A model generated the notes under the pieces. The model saw only the letters and a program-made list of their open reading frames with translations, made no database searches and was not told where the DNA came from. The position numbers and the translations under genes are program-made. From an uncultured Pirellulales bacterium (lineage in GTDB: Bacteria > Planctomycetota > Planctomycetia > Pirellulales > UBA1268): 64,000 nt of DNA. Each line of letters starts with the position of its first letter. The first letter of the stretch is position 1. Location of the stretch: contig CBFIHW010000001.1 of assembly GCA_965662325.1 (NCBI GenBank), forward strand, positions 6,204 through 70,203, written 5' to 3'. Of the stretch, positions 25,584-34,673 are shown piece after piece.

Positions 25584-26552
25584 TTAAAAGAGTTTGTGGA
25601 AATTTGAATTCCACAGATGAACATATAACGCGGCGGCAATAAGGTCAGCAGTGGTGCCCGGGTTTATACGGCAGGGGTGACGAAGACGCCAGTCGAACGC
25701 CTCGATGGCAGCCGTGCGCTTGTCACGAGCGAATTCAAGTAAGATGGCCGCCTCTGATGAAATCTGGTCGGCTTTCTGTCTCCCGTGTCGACGGATGATG
25801 AGCGAGTCGGGGGTGCGAGCAAGTTGGGCGAGTGCTGTTAAAATAATTGCTTGCTCCCACGACTCGCCATGAACCTCGTTGTATTGTAAATCAGATACAA
25901 GGCTATTCCATAATGATTGGTAGCCAGAGGCCCAAAGGGCAGCGATGCTATCTGTTGGTTCTGTTGTGGCCGCATGTCGCATGGCTTGTTGAATTGAATC
26001 AGGAGCTGGGTCACGAATGTCGTATGAGTCACGTTTGCTTAGTGATGCGGTCGTCGAAAGTTTGATCGCTTCGTAGATATTCACTGAGTCTTGAGCAGTA
26101 CATTGCTCAATTACGGAATCCGCATCGGCTGCCCTTAAAGGATGTCCAGGCGACAAGCTCGCTGCAGCGAGAGGAGAAATTGCAATAATAATTCCTAAGT
26201 TTGCATTCGAACGAGTCTTTGATCGTGAGCGGGTGACAGCATCCTTGATCATGCTCCCCAGTGAGATTGTTTTCCCTTGGTCGAAGGCGGGCACCATGGC
26301 ACGCGCAGCATTGCAAAGGTCATCATAAGACAGGTCTGCAAAGTTCTTGTCAGGGTTGACATTGCCAGGCTTGCGTGCGGTTGCCTCCAGAATGCTTGCT
26401 ATGGCAGCGCACCAGCCGGGAGTCAGGCGGGTCGGCCGAGGCAGTAGTTTCCTACTGATTGCCACAGCCGCTTCAAGAAGTGTCAAATTGGCGGGTAGTT
26501 CTGTCATTTTCGCTGAGTTTTTAGCCACATGGCCCTTTGGAATATGAAACAA
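25584..26552 (-). CDS. Triphosphoribosyl-dephospho-CoA synthase (CitG/MdcB)-like protein of the type linked to H4MPT gene islands
   Basis: The 322-aa helical protein has KPGNVNP early and TTADLIAAALY near the C-terminus, as in the CitG family. The family call rests on limited motif recognition plus context. Confidence 0.6.
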   Translation of the reverse strand: MFHIPKGHVAKNSAKMTELPANLTLLEAAVAISRKLLPRPTRLTPGWCAAIASILEATARKPGNVNPDKNFADLSYDDLCNAARAMVPAFDQGKTISLGSMIKDAVTRSRSKTRSNANLGIIIAISPLAAASLSPGHPLRAADADSVIEQCTAQDSVNIYEAIKLSTTASLSKRDSYDIRDPAPDSIQQAMRHAATTEPTDSIAALWASGYQSLWNSLVSDLQYNEVHGESWEQAIILTALAQLARTPDSLIIRRHGRQKADQISSEAAILLEFARDKRTAAIEAFDWRLRHPCRINPGTTADLIAAALYVHLWNSNFHKLF

Positions 26553-26679
26553 TGAAGCGTGGAGCTGAAGTCTCGTGGCCCGTTTTTGTGACGCAAGGAC
26601 TGTTGGCTTGGCGACTGGAGCAGCAGGCTCAAGAATGCCTTTCAGGAGAAGGATAGTACCGGTGGCTAAAAAATCTCAA

Positions 26680-28917
26680 ATGACGATTGGACCAGAAGCA
26701 TTTATCAATCGTGAATTAAGTTGGCTCGAGTTTAATCTGCGAGTTCTGGAGGAAGCAGAAAATGAGGAGAATCCGCTACTCGAACGGATGAAATTCCTGG
26801 CCATTTTCAGCTCTAATCTTGATGAATTCTTTATGGTCCGAGTGGCCGGTGTTCGAGAGCAGGCATTTGGTGACGGTGCACCACAGGACTTTGCGGCTGA
26901 TGGTCTGACGGCTAGTGAGCAGTTGCGGGCCATAGCTGCTCGGAGTCAGGAACTTGTGGCACGGCAATATCGATGTCTTCGGGAAAGTATCGGCCCGGCC
27001 ATGCGTGAAGCTGGTTTTAATCTTTTGAGGAATACGGAATTAACACAAGAACAGAAGGCATACGTTGATCGATTTTTTCGCGAGCGTGCATTACCGATCC
27101 TTACGCCGATGGCGTGTGACCCCGCTCATCCGTCTCCGCGATACCATAACCGTGGTCTCTACCTTGGCACAATGCTCGAACATAAGGAAGGCTTGGGACC
27201 AAAGCAGTTATTTGCTGTTGTGCAGGTTCCTCAAGTTTTGCCGAGAGTAATTGTGTTGCCAGGGGACAATGTAAACGATATCTCCTTTGTGCTCTTGGAA
27301 GAATTAGTAGCAGCAAGGCTGCCTGAGCTGTTTGGCGGATTTTCAGTCAAGTCATGGACAACTTTCAGAATTACACGTGACTGCGATCAGGAGCTTCTTG
27401 AGCAAGAGTCAGATGACATGCTCAAACTCATTGAAGAGCGATTGAAGGAACGGCAGCGGGGGCAAGCCGTTCGGCTTGAGATTGCAGCAAAGGCAAATGA
27501 GGAAATTGCTCAAAGAATAATTGATGATGAGGATCTAAGGGGACTGCGTGCAGAGCCAAGCACGACGACATACAACGAGGTCTACCGTATTGACGGACCT
27601 CTTGATCTCACAGGGCTTTGGGAACTCTATAAACTGCCAGGCTTTGAAAAGTTTCATGACAAACCATATACCCCGAGAAGGCCTGCTGCATTCCGCCAGC
27701 AGCGAGACATTTTTTCAACAGTGGCCCGTGAGGATGTCCTGGTTCATCATCCTTATGAATCATTTGACCCAGTTGTGGATTTTGTTACATCTGCCGCTAG
27801 AGACCCACGGGTATTGGCTATCAAGCAAACGCTTTATCGCACGAGCGGTGATTCACCAATTATTAGGGCTCTTATGGATGCCGCAGAAGCCGGTAAGCAT
27901 GTGACGGCACTGGTAGAACTGAAAGCCCGGTTTGACGAAGCAAATAATGTCAGTTGGGCCCGTCAATTGGAAAGAGCCGGCGTGCATGTTGTATTTGGAT
28001 TTCTTGATCTCAAGACGCATTGCAAGGTGTCACTCGTGATACGGAATGAACGTGAAGGACTGAAGCGATATGTCCATCTTGGAACAGGCAACTACAATCC
28101 AGCGACCGCAACCTCGTACACAGACCTTGGTTTGTTTACAGCCGATGTAGATATAGCTGAAGACGCCTCAGCACTTTTCAATCTTCTCACGGGCTATTCT
28201 CAAGGGCATAGGTGGAAAAAACTCATTGTCGCACCGAATGACCTCCACAGTCGTACACTTGAGTTGATAAATTCCCAAGCCGCACTGGCTTCAGCTGGAA
28301 GACCATCGAGGATTTTTGCAAAGGTAAATTCTTTAGCGGACCATCAGATTATCGAAGCTCTTTACAGTGCTAGCCAAGCAGGCGTGCCGATTGAGATCCT
28401 CTCACGAGGCATTTGTTGCTTGCGACCTGGTGTTTCTGGCCTGAGCGAGAATATACAGGTTCGGAGTATCGTCGATCGTTTTCTTGAGCACAGCCGAATA
28501 TTTATATTTGGTGAGGGATCAGATGCAGAGGTGTATCTAGGAAGCGCAGATTGGATGCCTCGCAACTTCTTTCGTCGAGTTGAAGTTATGTTTCCGGTAC
28601 TTGCAGAGCCACTTAAAGAACGTGTGCTTACGAGTATTGTTCCGACATATATTGCTGATACTACACGAGCAAGGAGGCTTCGATCAGATGGTGCTTACAC
28701 GCTTGATGGCCCAGCAAAAAAACAAGCGTCACAGCGTAGCCAGCTTCTCTTTATGGAGGAGGCTTCTGCTATGAGTGAGACGATAACTCAACTCCCCAAT
28801 CACGAGAGCAGTATAGAAAAGAAGCGATCTTTGAGTTCAAGTAGCTCTCGTGTTTCCCCCCGAAGTAATTCGTCCCATCGGCAGAACCGTTCGAGGTCGA
28901 GGAAGAGTCGGTCTTAA
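26680..28917 (+). CDS. ppk: Polyphosphate kinase 1
   Basis: FINRELSWLEFNLRVLEEA, RMKFLAIFSSNLDEFFMVRV, VELKARFDEANNVSWARQLERAGVHVVFG and LGTGNYN are present. It has a Ser/Arg-rich C-terminal tail. The start could also be 26635 or 26575. Confidence 0.9.
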   Translation: MTIGPEAFINRELSWLEFNLRVLEEAENEENPLLERMKFLAIFSSNLDEFFMVRVAGVREQAFGDGAPQDFAADGLTASEQLRAIAARSQELVARQYRCLRESIGPAMREAGFNLLRNTELTQEQKAYVDRFFRERALPILTPMACDPAHPSPRYHNRGLYLGTMLEHKEGLGPKQLFAVVQVPQVLPRVIVLPGDNVNDISFVLLEELVAARLPELFGGFSVKSWTTFRITRDCDQELLEQESDDMLKLIEERLKERQRGQAVRLEIAAKANEEIAQRIIDDEDLRGLRAEPSTTTYNEVYRIDGPLDLTGLWELYKLPGFEKFHDKPYTPRRPAAFRQQRDIFSTVAREDVLVHHPYESFDPVVDFVTSAARDPRVLAIKQTLYRTSGDSPIIRALMDAAEAGKHVTALVELKARFDEANNVSWARQLERAGVHVVFGFLDLKTHCKVSLVIRNEREGLKRYVHLGTGNYNPATATSYTDLGLFTADVDIAEDASALFNLLTGYSQGHRWKKLIVAPNDLHSRTLELINSQAALASAGRPSRIFAKVNSLADHQIIEALYSASQAGVPIEILSRGICCLRPGVSGLSENIQVRSIVDRFLEHSRIFIFGEGSDAEVYLGSADWMPRNFFRRVEVMFPVLAEPLKERVLTSIVPTYIADTTRARRLRSDGAYTLDGPAKKQASQRSQLLFMEEASAMSETITQLPNHESSIEKKRSLSSSSSRVSPRSNSSHRQNRSRSRKSRS

Positions 28918-28996
28918 GGTAGAAGTTTTCAGGGAGTTCGGTACGCTAGTACATAGCGTTTCTCGAAGTCTGTAGCAGCATATGTGAGTAATTTGT

Positions 28997-29935
28997 ATGT
29001 CGGATGATCACTACCAAATACTGGGAGTTTCCCGCACTGCGACATCGGAAGATATCCAAAAGGCGTACCGCGAAATGGCGCGAAAATATCATCCGGATTT
29101 ACATCCTGACGATGATGCCGCAAAGGAACAGTTCAAAAAAGTACAGACGGCGTTTGATGTGCTGAATGATCCGAGTAAACGTGAGATGTATGATCGGTAC
29201 GGAAGCTCTTTTGAGGGAGTTGGAGCTGGTGGAGGAGGAGGGTGGTCGCCACAAGGTCATCAGGGCGGCTTTCAGACTGGTGGAGAAGTCGATTTAGAAA
29301 GCTTGTTTGGTGGAGGTTTTGCCGACTTGTTTGGCGGTGGAAAGCGGCGTTCAAGTCGCCCGAGACGCAACCCCAGTGCACCAGGAGAGGATATTACGGC
29401 AAATATCCGGATTCCTTTTCAGCTTGCAATTGATGGTGGGAAAACAGAGGTTCGTTTTGATCGAGATGGTACACATGAGACTCTTAGTATAACGATCCCA
29501 CAAGGGCTTCCTGATGGATCTCGAATGCGGTTACGCGGACAGGGAAGACCTGGTGTTGGTGGTGGCGCATCTGGAGACCTTCTTCTCAGCGTGGGAGTTG
29601 AACCACACTCGGTCTATCGCAGAGAAGGAGACGTACTTGCAGTAAGTCTGCCAATAACTCTTTCGGAGGCTTTGGAGGGTGCAAAAGTCGATCTACCAAC
29701 TCCGTGGGGAGTCATTAGCTTGCGGATACCAGCTGGAACCTCTTCTGGCAAGAAACTGCGTGCTGCCGGAATGGGGGTTCGCCATGCGAATGGTTCAAAG
29801 GGAGATCTCATTGCAGAAGTTCAGATTGTACTACCAGAGACGGATGATGAGGCTGTATCGAAAGCCCTGCTGGAGGCGGTAAAGACAGCTGAGGCGAGCG
29901 CACCAAAGGATCCTCGGGCTGCAATCAAGTGGTAA
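28997..29935 (+). CDS. J-domain co-chaperone, CbpA/DnaJ class II-like (no zinc-finger region)
   Basis: DHYQILGVSRTATSEDIQKAYREMARKYHPD is followed by a Gly-rich linker and two DnaJ C-terminal beta domains (GEDITANIRIPFQLAIDGGK..., LRGQGRPG). Confidence 0.85.
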   Translation: MSDDHYQILGVSRTATSEDIQKAYREMARKYHPDLHPDDDAAKEQFKKVQTAFDVLNDPSKREMYDRYGSSFEGVGAGGGGGWSPQGHQGGFQTGGEVDLESLFGGGFADLFGGGKRRSSRPRRNPSAPGEDITANIRIPFQLAIDGGKTEVRFDRDGTHETLSITIPQGLPDGSRMRLRGQGRPGVGGGASGDLLLSVGVEPHSVYRREGDVLAVSLPITLSEALEGAKVDLPTPWGVISLRIPAGTSSGKKLRAAGMGVRHANGSKGDLIAEVQIVLPETDDEAVSKALLEAVKTAEASAPKDPRAAIKW

Positions 29936-30327
29936 CAAAACACGAAACAGATTTTCGTTTTAAAAAAAAGCTACGCTTGCTCCGTACGGATGATTTTCGT
30001 CGTGTCTACGCTCAACGTCAGTCTGTCGCTATCGGACCACTTGTTATGTACGGCGCACACCAAGCCACGAAGCGAAGCTACCCTAGGCTCGGTATATCTG
30101 TCTCTCGTCGCGTCGGGAATGCAGTCGTAAGAAATCAATGGAAAAGAAGGTTGCGAGAAGCGTTTCGAATGGTAAGGCCAAAGTTTCCTGAAAGTTTTGA
30201 TGTTGTGGTGATTGTTCGGGCTACTGGAAAACCAAAAATTGGTGAGAAAGCTGCGCACGAAACAGAGCAACTTCTAATTGGTTTAATAAATCGACTTCAG
30301 AATAAGATGAAGCAATCTGTTGAATAA
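29929..30327 (+). CDS. rnpA: Ribonuclease P protein component
   Basis: LRTDDFRRVY...GISVSRRVGNAVVRNQWKRRLREAFR contains the RNR motif. yidD lies immediately downstream. The start is GTG. Confidence 0.85.
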   Translation: MVTKHETDFRFKKKLRLLRTDDFRRVYAQRQSVAIGPLVMYGAHQATKRSYPRLGISVSRRVGNAVVRNQWKRRLREAFRMVRPKFPESFDVVVIVRATGKPKIGEKAAHETEQLLIGLINRLQNKMKQSVE

Positions 30328-30376
30328 TGAAATGTTCACCCGCTTCCGGCATGAAATGAATTTTTGGAGAATATAA

Positions 30377-30643
30377 GTGATTATCCAGGCATTTCGTTTG
30401 TGTATCTTTTCGCTCACCAGAACAATCAGTTGGGCTGTGGTGAAGTTTCTTGTGTTTCTTATCCGTGTGTACCAAGTCCTAATAAGTCCGTTGCTTGGCA
30501 GGCAGTGTCGATTTCAGCCAAGCTGCAGCAGATATTTTCAGGAATCTGTCATAAAGTACGGGCTACTTCGAGGAGTGCGAAAAGGATTGATTCGTATATG
30601 CCGATGCCATCCATGGAACAGTGGTGGCTATGATCCGCCCTGA
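30377..30643 (+). CDS. yidD: Membrane protein insertion efficiency factor YidD
   Basis: YQVLISPLLGRQCRFQPSCSRYFQESVIKYGLLRGVRKGLIRICRCHPWNSGGYDPP is the YidD signature. Confidence 0.85.
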   Translation: MIIQAFRLCIFSLTRTISWAVVKFLVFLIRVYQVLISPLLGRQCRFQPSCSRYFQESVIKYGLLRGVRKGLIRICRCHPWNSGGYDPP

Positions 30644-31035
30644 ATAGCGGGCAAGGTGTCACGTAGCCAATTCACAACAAATCTATTGGCGGCAGGAAAT
30701 GTACACAAATCAAGCTCGGCACGGGCTAGCCATTTGAATGGTTCACGAGGCTCTGGATGTTCGCACGGTTTGAGGGATCCTAAAAAGAAAACTATCTCAA
30801 AATGTCCTTCATCAGTGAATGTGCTATCAAGTTGTCGCTCGATGGAAATCTGAAGCCCGGTTTCCTCGAGACATTCTCGTACTGCGGCACTCGATGCTTG
30901 TTCACTTCCCTCGAGTTTGCCACCAGGGAACTCGTGAAATCCCTTTGCTGTAGATGCGGTCTTCGTACGTTTGCCTACCAGTACTCGTTGTTGATCGATA
31001 ACGATAGCAACAGCAATCCGTGTTTTTTCAGGCAC
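30628..31035 (-). CDS. NUDIX hydrolase, MutT-like
   Basis: The Nudix box is GGKLEGSEQASSAAVRECLEETGL. The track ORF starts at 31110 and would overlap fabI by 65 nt. The in-frame GTG at 31035 gives M-PEKTRIAVAIVID, colinear with MutT N-termini, and removes the overlap. Confidence 0.7.
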   Translation of the reverse strand: MPEKTRIAVAIVIDQQRVLVGKRTKTASTAKGFHEFPGGKLEGSEQASSAAVRECLEETGLQISIERQLDSTFTDEGHFEIVFFLGSLKPCEHPEPREPFKWLARAELDLCTFPAANRFVVNWLRDTLPAIQGGS

Positions 31036-31045
31036 GTCAAATAGG

Positions 31046-31870
31046 TCAGTCTTGTTTTGGCACAAGATCAAGGAGTCGCCCTGGTGACCCCATGATGTTG
31101 TAACCAGCATCCACGTGAAGAAGTTCTCCGGTAATTCCTAGCGAGTCATGTGACACGAGCCAGGCACCTGCTTTCCCAACTTCTTGATGGGTGATATTCC
31201 GGCCCATTGGAGACATGTGCTGGTACAAGCCGAGCATGTCTTCTACCCCTGCTCCACGGCCTGCAAGTGTCCGCAAAGGACCTGCACTGATTGCATTGAC
31301 CCGCACACCCTGAGGACCAAGATCATAAGCCATATACTTCACGCAGGCGTCAAGTGTGGCCTTGCAGACACCCATGATGTTGTATCCAGGGACGACTTTT
31401 TCACCGCCAAAATAGGTGAGGGTCAAGATTGAAGCATCCTTGGCGAGTATTTCTCTGGATAATCGGCCGACAGCCAGAAGGCTGTATGCACTTGTTTCCA
31501 TTGCTATACGAAAACCTTCACGGCTACAGTCCGTTGTTTCGCCTTTGAGGTCTTCCATTGGTGCATAGGCGATGGAATGAATGAGGAAATCAATAGTTCC
31601 AAATTCTTCCTGTGTTTTTTTCATGACAGCTGCTATTTGGTCATCACTCGACACATCCATCGGCACCAGGAATTTTGCATTTGGCTCATCATCAGTGAGC
31701 AAGGCAACCCGCCGCCGGTTTCGTTGCCGCGCATCGTCTGGCCTGTCCGGGAGGTGGCTGAAGCCGATCGTTGCACCTTCGGCGAGTAATTCTTTAGCAA
31801 TTGCCCAAGCAATTGAGTGATCATTTGCTACGCCAAGGACAAGGCCCTTCATTCCGTCGTACCGGCCCAT
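31046..31870 (-). CDS. fabI: Enoyl-[acyl-carrier-protein] reductase (NADH) FabI
   Basis: MKGLVLGVANDHSIAWAIAK, LIHSIAYAP and MGVCKATLDACVKYMAYDLGPQGVRVNAISAGP are present. I preferred the ATG at 31870 (MGRYDGMKG) over the track start at 31996. Confidence 0.9.
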   Translation of the reverse strand: MGRYDGMKGLVLGVANDHSIAWAIAKELLAEGATIGFSHLPDRPDDARQRNRRRVALLTDDEPNAKFLVPMDVSSDDQIAAVMKKTQEEFGTIDFLIHSIAYAPMEDLKGETTDCSREGFRIAMETSAYSLLAVGRLSREILAKDASILTLTYFGGEKVVPGYNIMGVCKATLDACVKYMAYDLGPQGVRVNAISAGPLRTLAGRGAGVEDMLGLYQHMSPMGRNITHQEVGKAGAWLVSHDSLGITGELLHVDAGYNIMGSPGRLLDLVPKQD

Positions 31871-32030
31871 GTGGAAGTCTCCCGTTGAATAGTGTTTTAC
31901 GTTGAAGAATGTAACGGCTTCGATGAATACACTCAATGCGCAATCAGGAACGCGAGAAAGATTCACTTTTCGTAGTAGAGTGCTGCCCCTTGTCACTTCG
32001 TCAGGCGAAGGGTAAGTTTTCGAACAGATG

Positions 32031-32104
32031 CCCCGTTAGCTCAATTGGTTAGAGCATCTGACTCTTAATCAGAGGGTTCCAGGTTCGAGTCCTGGACGGG
32101 GTAC
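32031..32104 (+). tRNA. tRNA-Lys (anticodon CTT)
   Basis: The manual cloverleaf is: acceptor GCCCCGT/ACGGGGT (G1-U72 wobble), D arm GCTC-AATTGGTTA-GAGC, anticodon arm TCTGA-CTCTTAA-TCAGA, variable loop GGGTT, T arm CCAGG-TTCGAGT-CCTGG, discriminator A. No CCA is encoded. Confidence 0.9.
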
Positions 32105-32495
32105 TCGCTATTTCTTTTTGTTGCTTTGCACAATAGCAGCTACTTATCGCACGCATTGCTTGTCAAACAACGCTCTTTACATCGTTGCTTTTAAAGAATT
32201 GGCTTACTGGCGTCACGCTACGACCAAGAGTACCGTCTTGAAATGTATTTTTGGTAAGGAAAGTGTGGGGTTGGGTAAATAGTTGGGAAGAAACCCTCCC
32301 TGTAACCTTTGTGAGTTTTTGATGCGAGGTTGAGGGGATCCGACGAGTGCCAGAATTTCACAGCAGAGTTGGTAGATGGAGACATAGGGTATCTATTCAA
32401 AATAATTCGTATTCTCGATTTCTGACGAGTCTGTTTAGACTGTCTCCGGTAAGGATGGGTTCCTGCTGTTGAGTCAAGGTAAAAATACTTCGTAG

Positions 32496-33833
32496 GTGGT
32501 TATGAAAGACCAGTCTCGTAAATTATTTGTTCTTGATACGAATGTTATTCTGCATGATTCAAACTGCATTCGAAATTTTAAGGAACACGATGTTGCGATA
32601 CCCATTACAGTCCTTGAAGAACTTGATAAGTTCAAACGTGGGAATGAGGATATCCATTTCCAGGCGAGGCAATTTCTGCGTGAATTAGATCAATTGACTG
32701 GCGATCTTCTGTCGACAACAGGAGCGCCCCTTGGCCCTGGTCGCGGTGGTGTACGAGTGATATTGGGTGCTGAGCAGGATGATCGTATTGCCGCCGCATT
32801 TCTTCAAAACACTCCAGATCATCGCATATTAAATACAGCGGCGAGCCTTCAGAAGGAGCGGCTGGACCGTCGAGTTATACTGGTCTCGAAAGACACGAAC
32901 CTGAGGATGAAGGCGAAAGGACTTGGGGTTCTTGCGCAAGACTATACAAGCGACAAGATTGAGAGCTTCGACAAACTCTACATGGGAAAACGAGTTGTTG
33001 AGGATGTAGATGCAGACGTTATCGGTGATTTTTATACTGGGTCCGGTAAGGTCTCGGCTGAAGACTTGCCGAGCGTGTCGAATCCAATTGCGAATGAGAA
33101 TTTTGTTCTTCGCGCTGGTAGTAAGTCAGTATTGGTGTCATTCAAGGCTTCTGATAATACCTTTGTGAGGGTAGAGAAAAAAAACTGTTATGGAATAAGT
33201 CCTCGGAATGCCGAGCAATCATTTGCTGTCAACGCACTTTTGGACGATGACGTAAAGTTGGTAACTCTCGCGGGTACTGCTGGTACTGGTAAAACACTGC
33301 TGGCGTTGGCCGCAGCTCTCGAATGTCGCCAGCAATATCGTCAGATATTGCTGGCTCGCCCTGTTGTGCCTTTGTCTAATCGGGATCTTGGTTTTTTGCC
33401 AGGCGATATCACCGATAAGCTTGATCCGTATATGCAGCCTCTGTACGACAACCTAACTGTTATACGTCATCAGTTCCATGAAAGCTCTCCGGCTGCGCAG
33501 CGGATTCAGGAGATGCGAGAATCTGAAAAACTCTTGGTGACACCCTTGGCTTATATTCGTGGTCGCAGCTTACAAAAGATATTTTTTATTGTCGACGAAG
33601 CTCAGAACCTCACGCCTCATGAAGTAAAAACAATAATCACACGAGCAGGGGAAGGCACGAAAATCATTTTTACGGGTGACATACGTCAGATTGATCAACC
33701 CTATCTCGACACTCTTTCGAATGGGCTGAGCTATCTCATTAACAGAATGGTAGGGCAGTCAATATTTGCGCACATTACATTAGAGAAAGGTGAGAGGTCT
33801 GCACTTGCCGATCTTGCAAGTGAGCTTTTGTGA
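32496..33833 (+). CDS. PhoH-like ATPase with an N-terminal PIN domain (YlaK type)
   Basis: The PIN domain reads [12 protein letters not shown]...PITVLEELD. The PhoH domain has Walker [26 protein letters not shown] and GDIRQID. The start is GTG at 32496 or ATG at 32502. Confidence 0.85.
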   Translation: MVMKDQSRKLFVLDTNVILHDSNCIRNFKEHDVAIPITVLEELDKFKRGNEDIHFQARQFLRELDQLTGDLLSTTGAPLGPGRGGVRVILGAEQDDRIAAAFLQNTPDHRILNTAASLQKERLDRRVILVSKDTNLRMKAKGLGVLAQDYTSDKIESFDKLYMGKRVVEDVDADVIGDFYTGSGKVSAEDLPSVSNPIANENFVLRAGSKSVLVSFKASDNTFVRVEKKNCYGISPRNAEQSFAVNALLDDDVKLVTLAGTAGTGKTLLALAAALECRQQYRQILLARPVVPLSNRDLGFLPGDITDKLDPYMQPLYDNLTVIRHQFHESSPAAQRIQEMRESEKLLVTPLAYIRGRSLQKIFFIVDEAQNLTPHEVKTIITRAGEGTKIIFTGDIRQIDQPYLDTLSNGLSYLINRMVGQSIFAHITLEKGERSALADLASELL

Positions 33834-33844
33834 ATGGGTTTCAT

Positions 33845-34498
33845 TTACAAGTTATCGAAACCCTGCCGAACGGCCCAAACCGCAGCCTGAGTGCGGTCTT
33901 TGACTTGTAGTTTTCGTAGAATATTTTGCACGTGTTCTTTTACCGTTTCGATACTTATTCCAAGTGAGTCTGCAATTTCTTGGTTTGAAAGTCCCAATGA
34001 AATGATTTTTAGGACCTGAAACTCTCGGGGTGTTAATGGAGCGTTGACTTCTGGGGGTAGTGATCGTTTTGATAAACGTGCGGTCAGTTTTTTTAATGGA
34101 CTGTTGGGGCGAGCTGTCGAGTTCGCTGCTGCACCCTCGATGGCAGCGCATAGGGCATCTCTGCTTGTGGTCTTAAGGATGAAATCAGTCGCACCGGCAG
34201 CGGCTGCTCGGGCTATAGCGGTGGGGCTATCGAAAGCTGTGAATGCAATAATGTTGCACTTTGGGCAGATGTCCCGTAGTGGCTTGATGAGTGAAATACC
34301 ATCCTCACCACCTTGAAGTCTCACATCGAGCAAAACAATGTCGGGCTGCAGGGTGCGGCAGTCTTCTAGCGCCCGCTCTCCTGAGAGTGCTGTTCCTACG
34401 ACGGTGATGTGACCACCATCTAAGATTACGGAGATTCCTTGTAGGACAATTTCATGATCGTCAATTAGAAATACACGTATTGGATGAGCATTCGTCAT
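33845..34498 (-). CDS. NarL/FixJ-family response regulator (REC + LuxR-type HTH)
   Basis: The receiver has IDDHEIV, IVLLDVRL (phospho-Asp), AFTAF and ILK. The C-terminal HTH reads LTPREFQVLKIISLGLSNQEIADSLGISIETVKEHVQNILRKL. No cognate kinase lies adjacent. Confidence 0.85.
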   Translation of the reverse strand: MTNAHPIRVFLIDDHEIVLQGISVILDGGHITVVGTALSGERALEDCRTLQPDIVLLDVRLQGGEDGISLIKPLRDICPKCNIIAFTAFDSPTAIARAAAAGATDFILKTTSRDALCAAIEGAAANSTARPNSPLKKLTARLSKRSLPPEVNAPLTPREFQVLKIISLGLSNQEIADSLGISIETVKEHVQNILRKLQVKDRTQAAVWAVRQGFDNL

Positions 34499-34673
34499 CG
34501 TGGTTATCCTCTCGGCACGCATTGCGAGCCCATATCGTAGTCGTTCGGACGTCTATTGCCATCCGTTAGCCGGCCTCATACTGGTTTTGATGTTTTTTCC
34601 GTTATTAGGCTGCATGTTGAACGAGGAGAGCAGTTCGTGCTGTAAGTAATTTGGGGTTATCCCAGATAGGGTG

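Noticed and set aside
28800-28917. The Ser/Arg-rich C-terminal tail of PPK1 (…SLSSSSSRVSPRSNSSHRQNRSRSRKSRS), considered as a possible separate feature or frameshift artefact.
   Set aside because: It is in frame and contiguous with the conserved PPK1 C-terminal domain. Low-complexity tails are common, and nothing indicates a distinct element.
29929-30643. The unusual context of rnpA: no rpmH upstream and no yidC downstream. A J-domain gene overlaps its start instead.
   Set aside because: This is a rearranged but plausible arrangement. The rnpA and yidD motifs are intact, and the absence of neighbours within the window is not evidence of anything beyond lineage-specific synteny loss.
32105-32495. 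The 390-bp non-coding stretch 3' of tRNA-Lys, considered as a possible integration hotspot or island boundary.
   Set aside because: I found no integrase, no direct repeat of the tRNA 3' end, and no compositional break that I could see. The flanking genes (fabI and the PIN-PhoH gene) are ordinary chromosomal genes.
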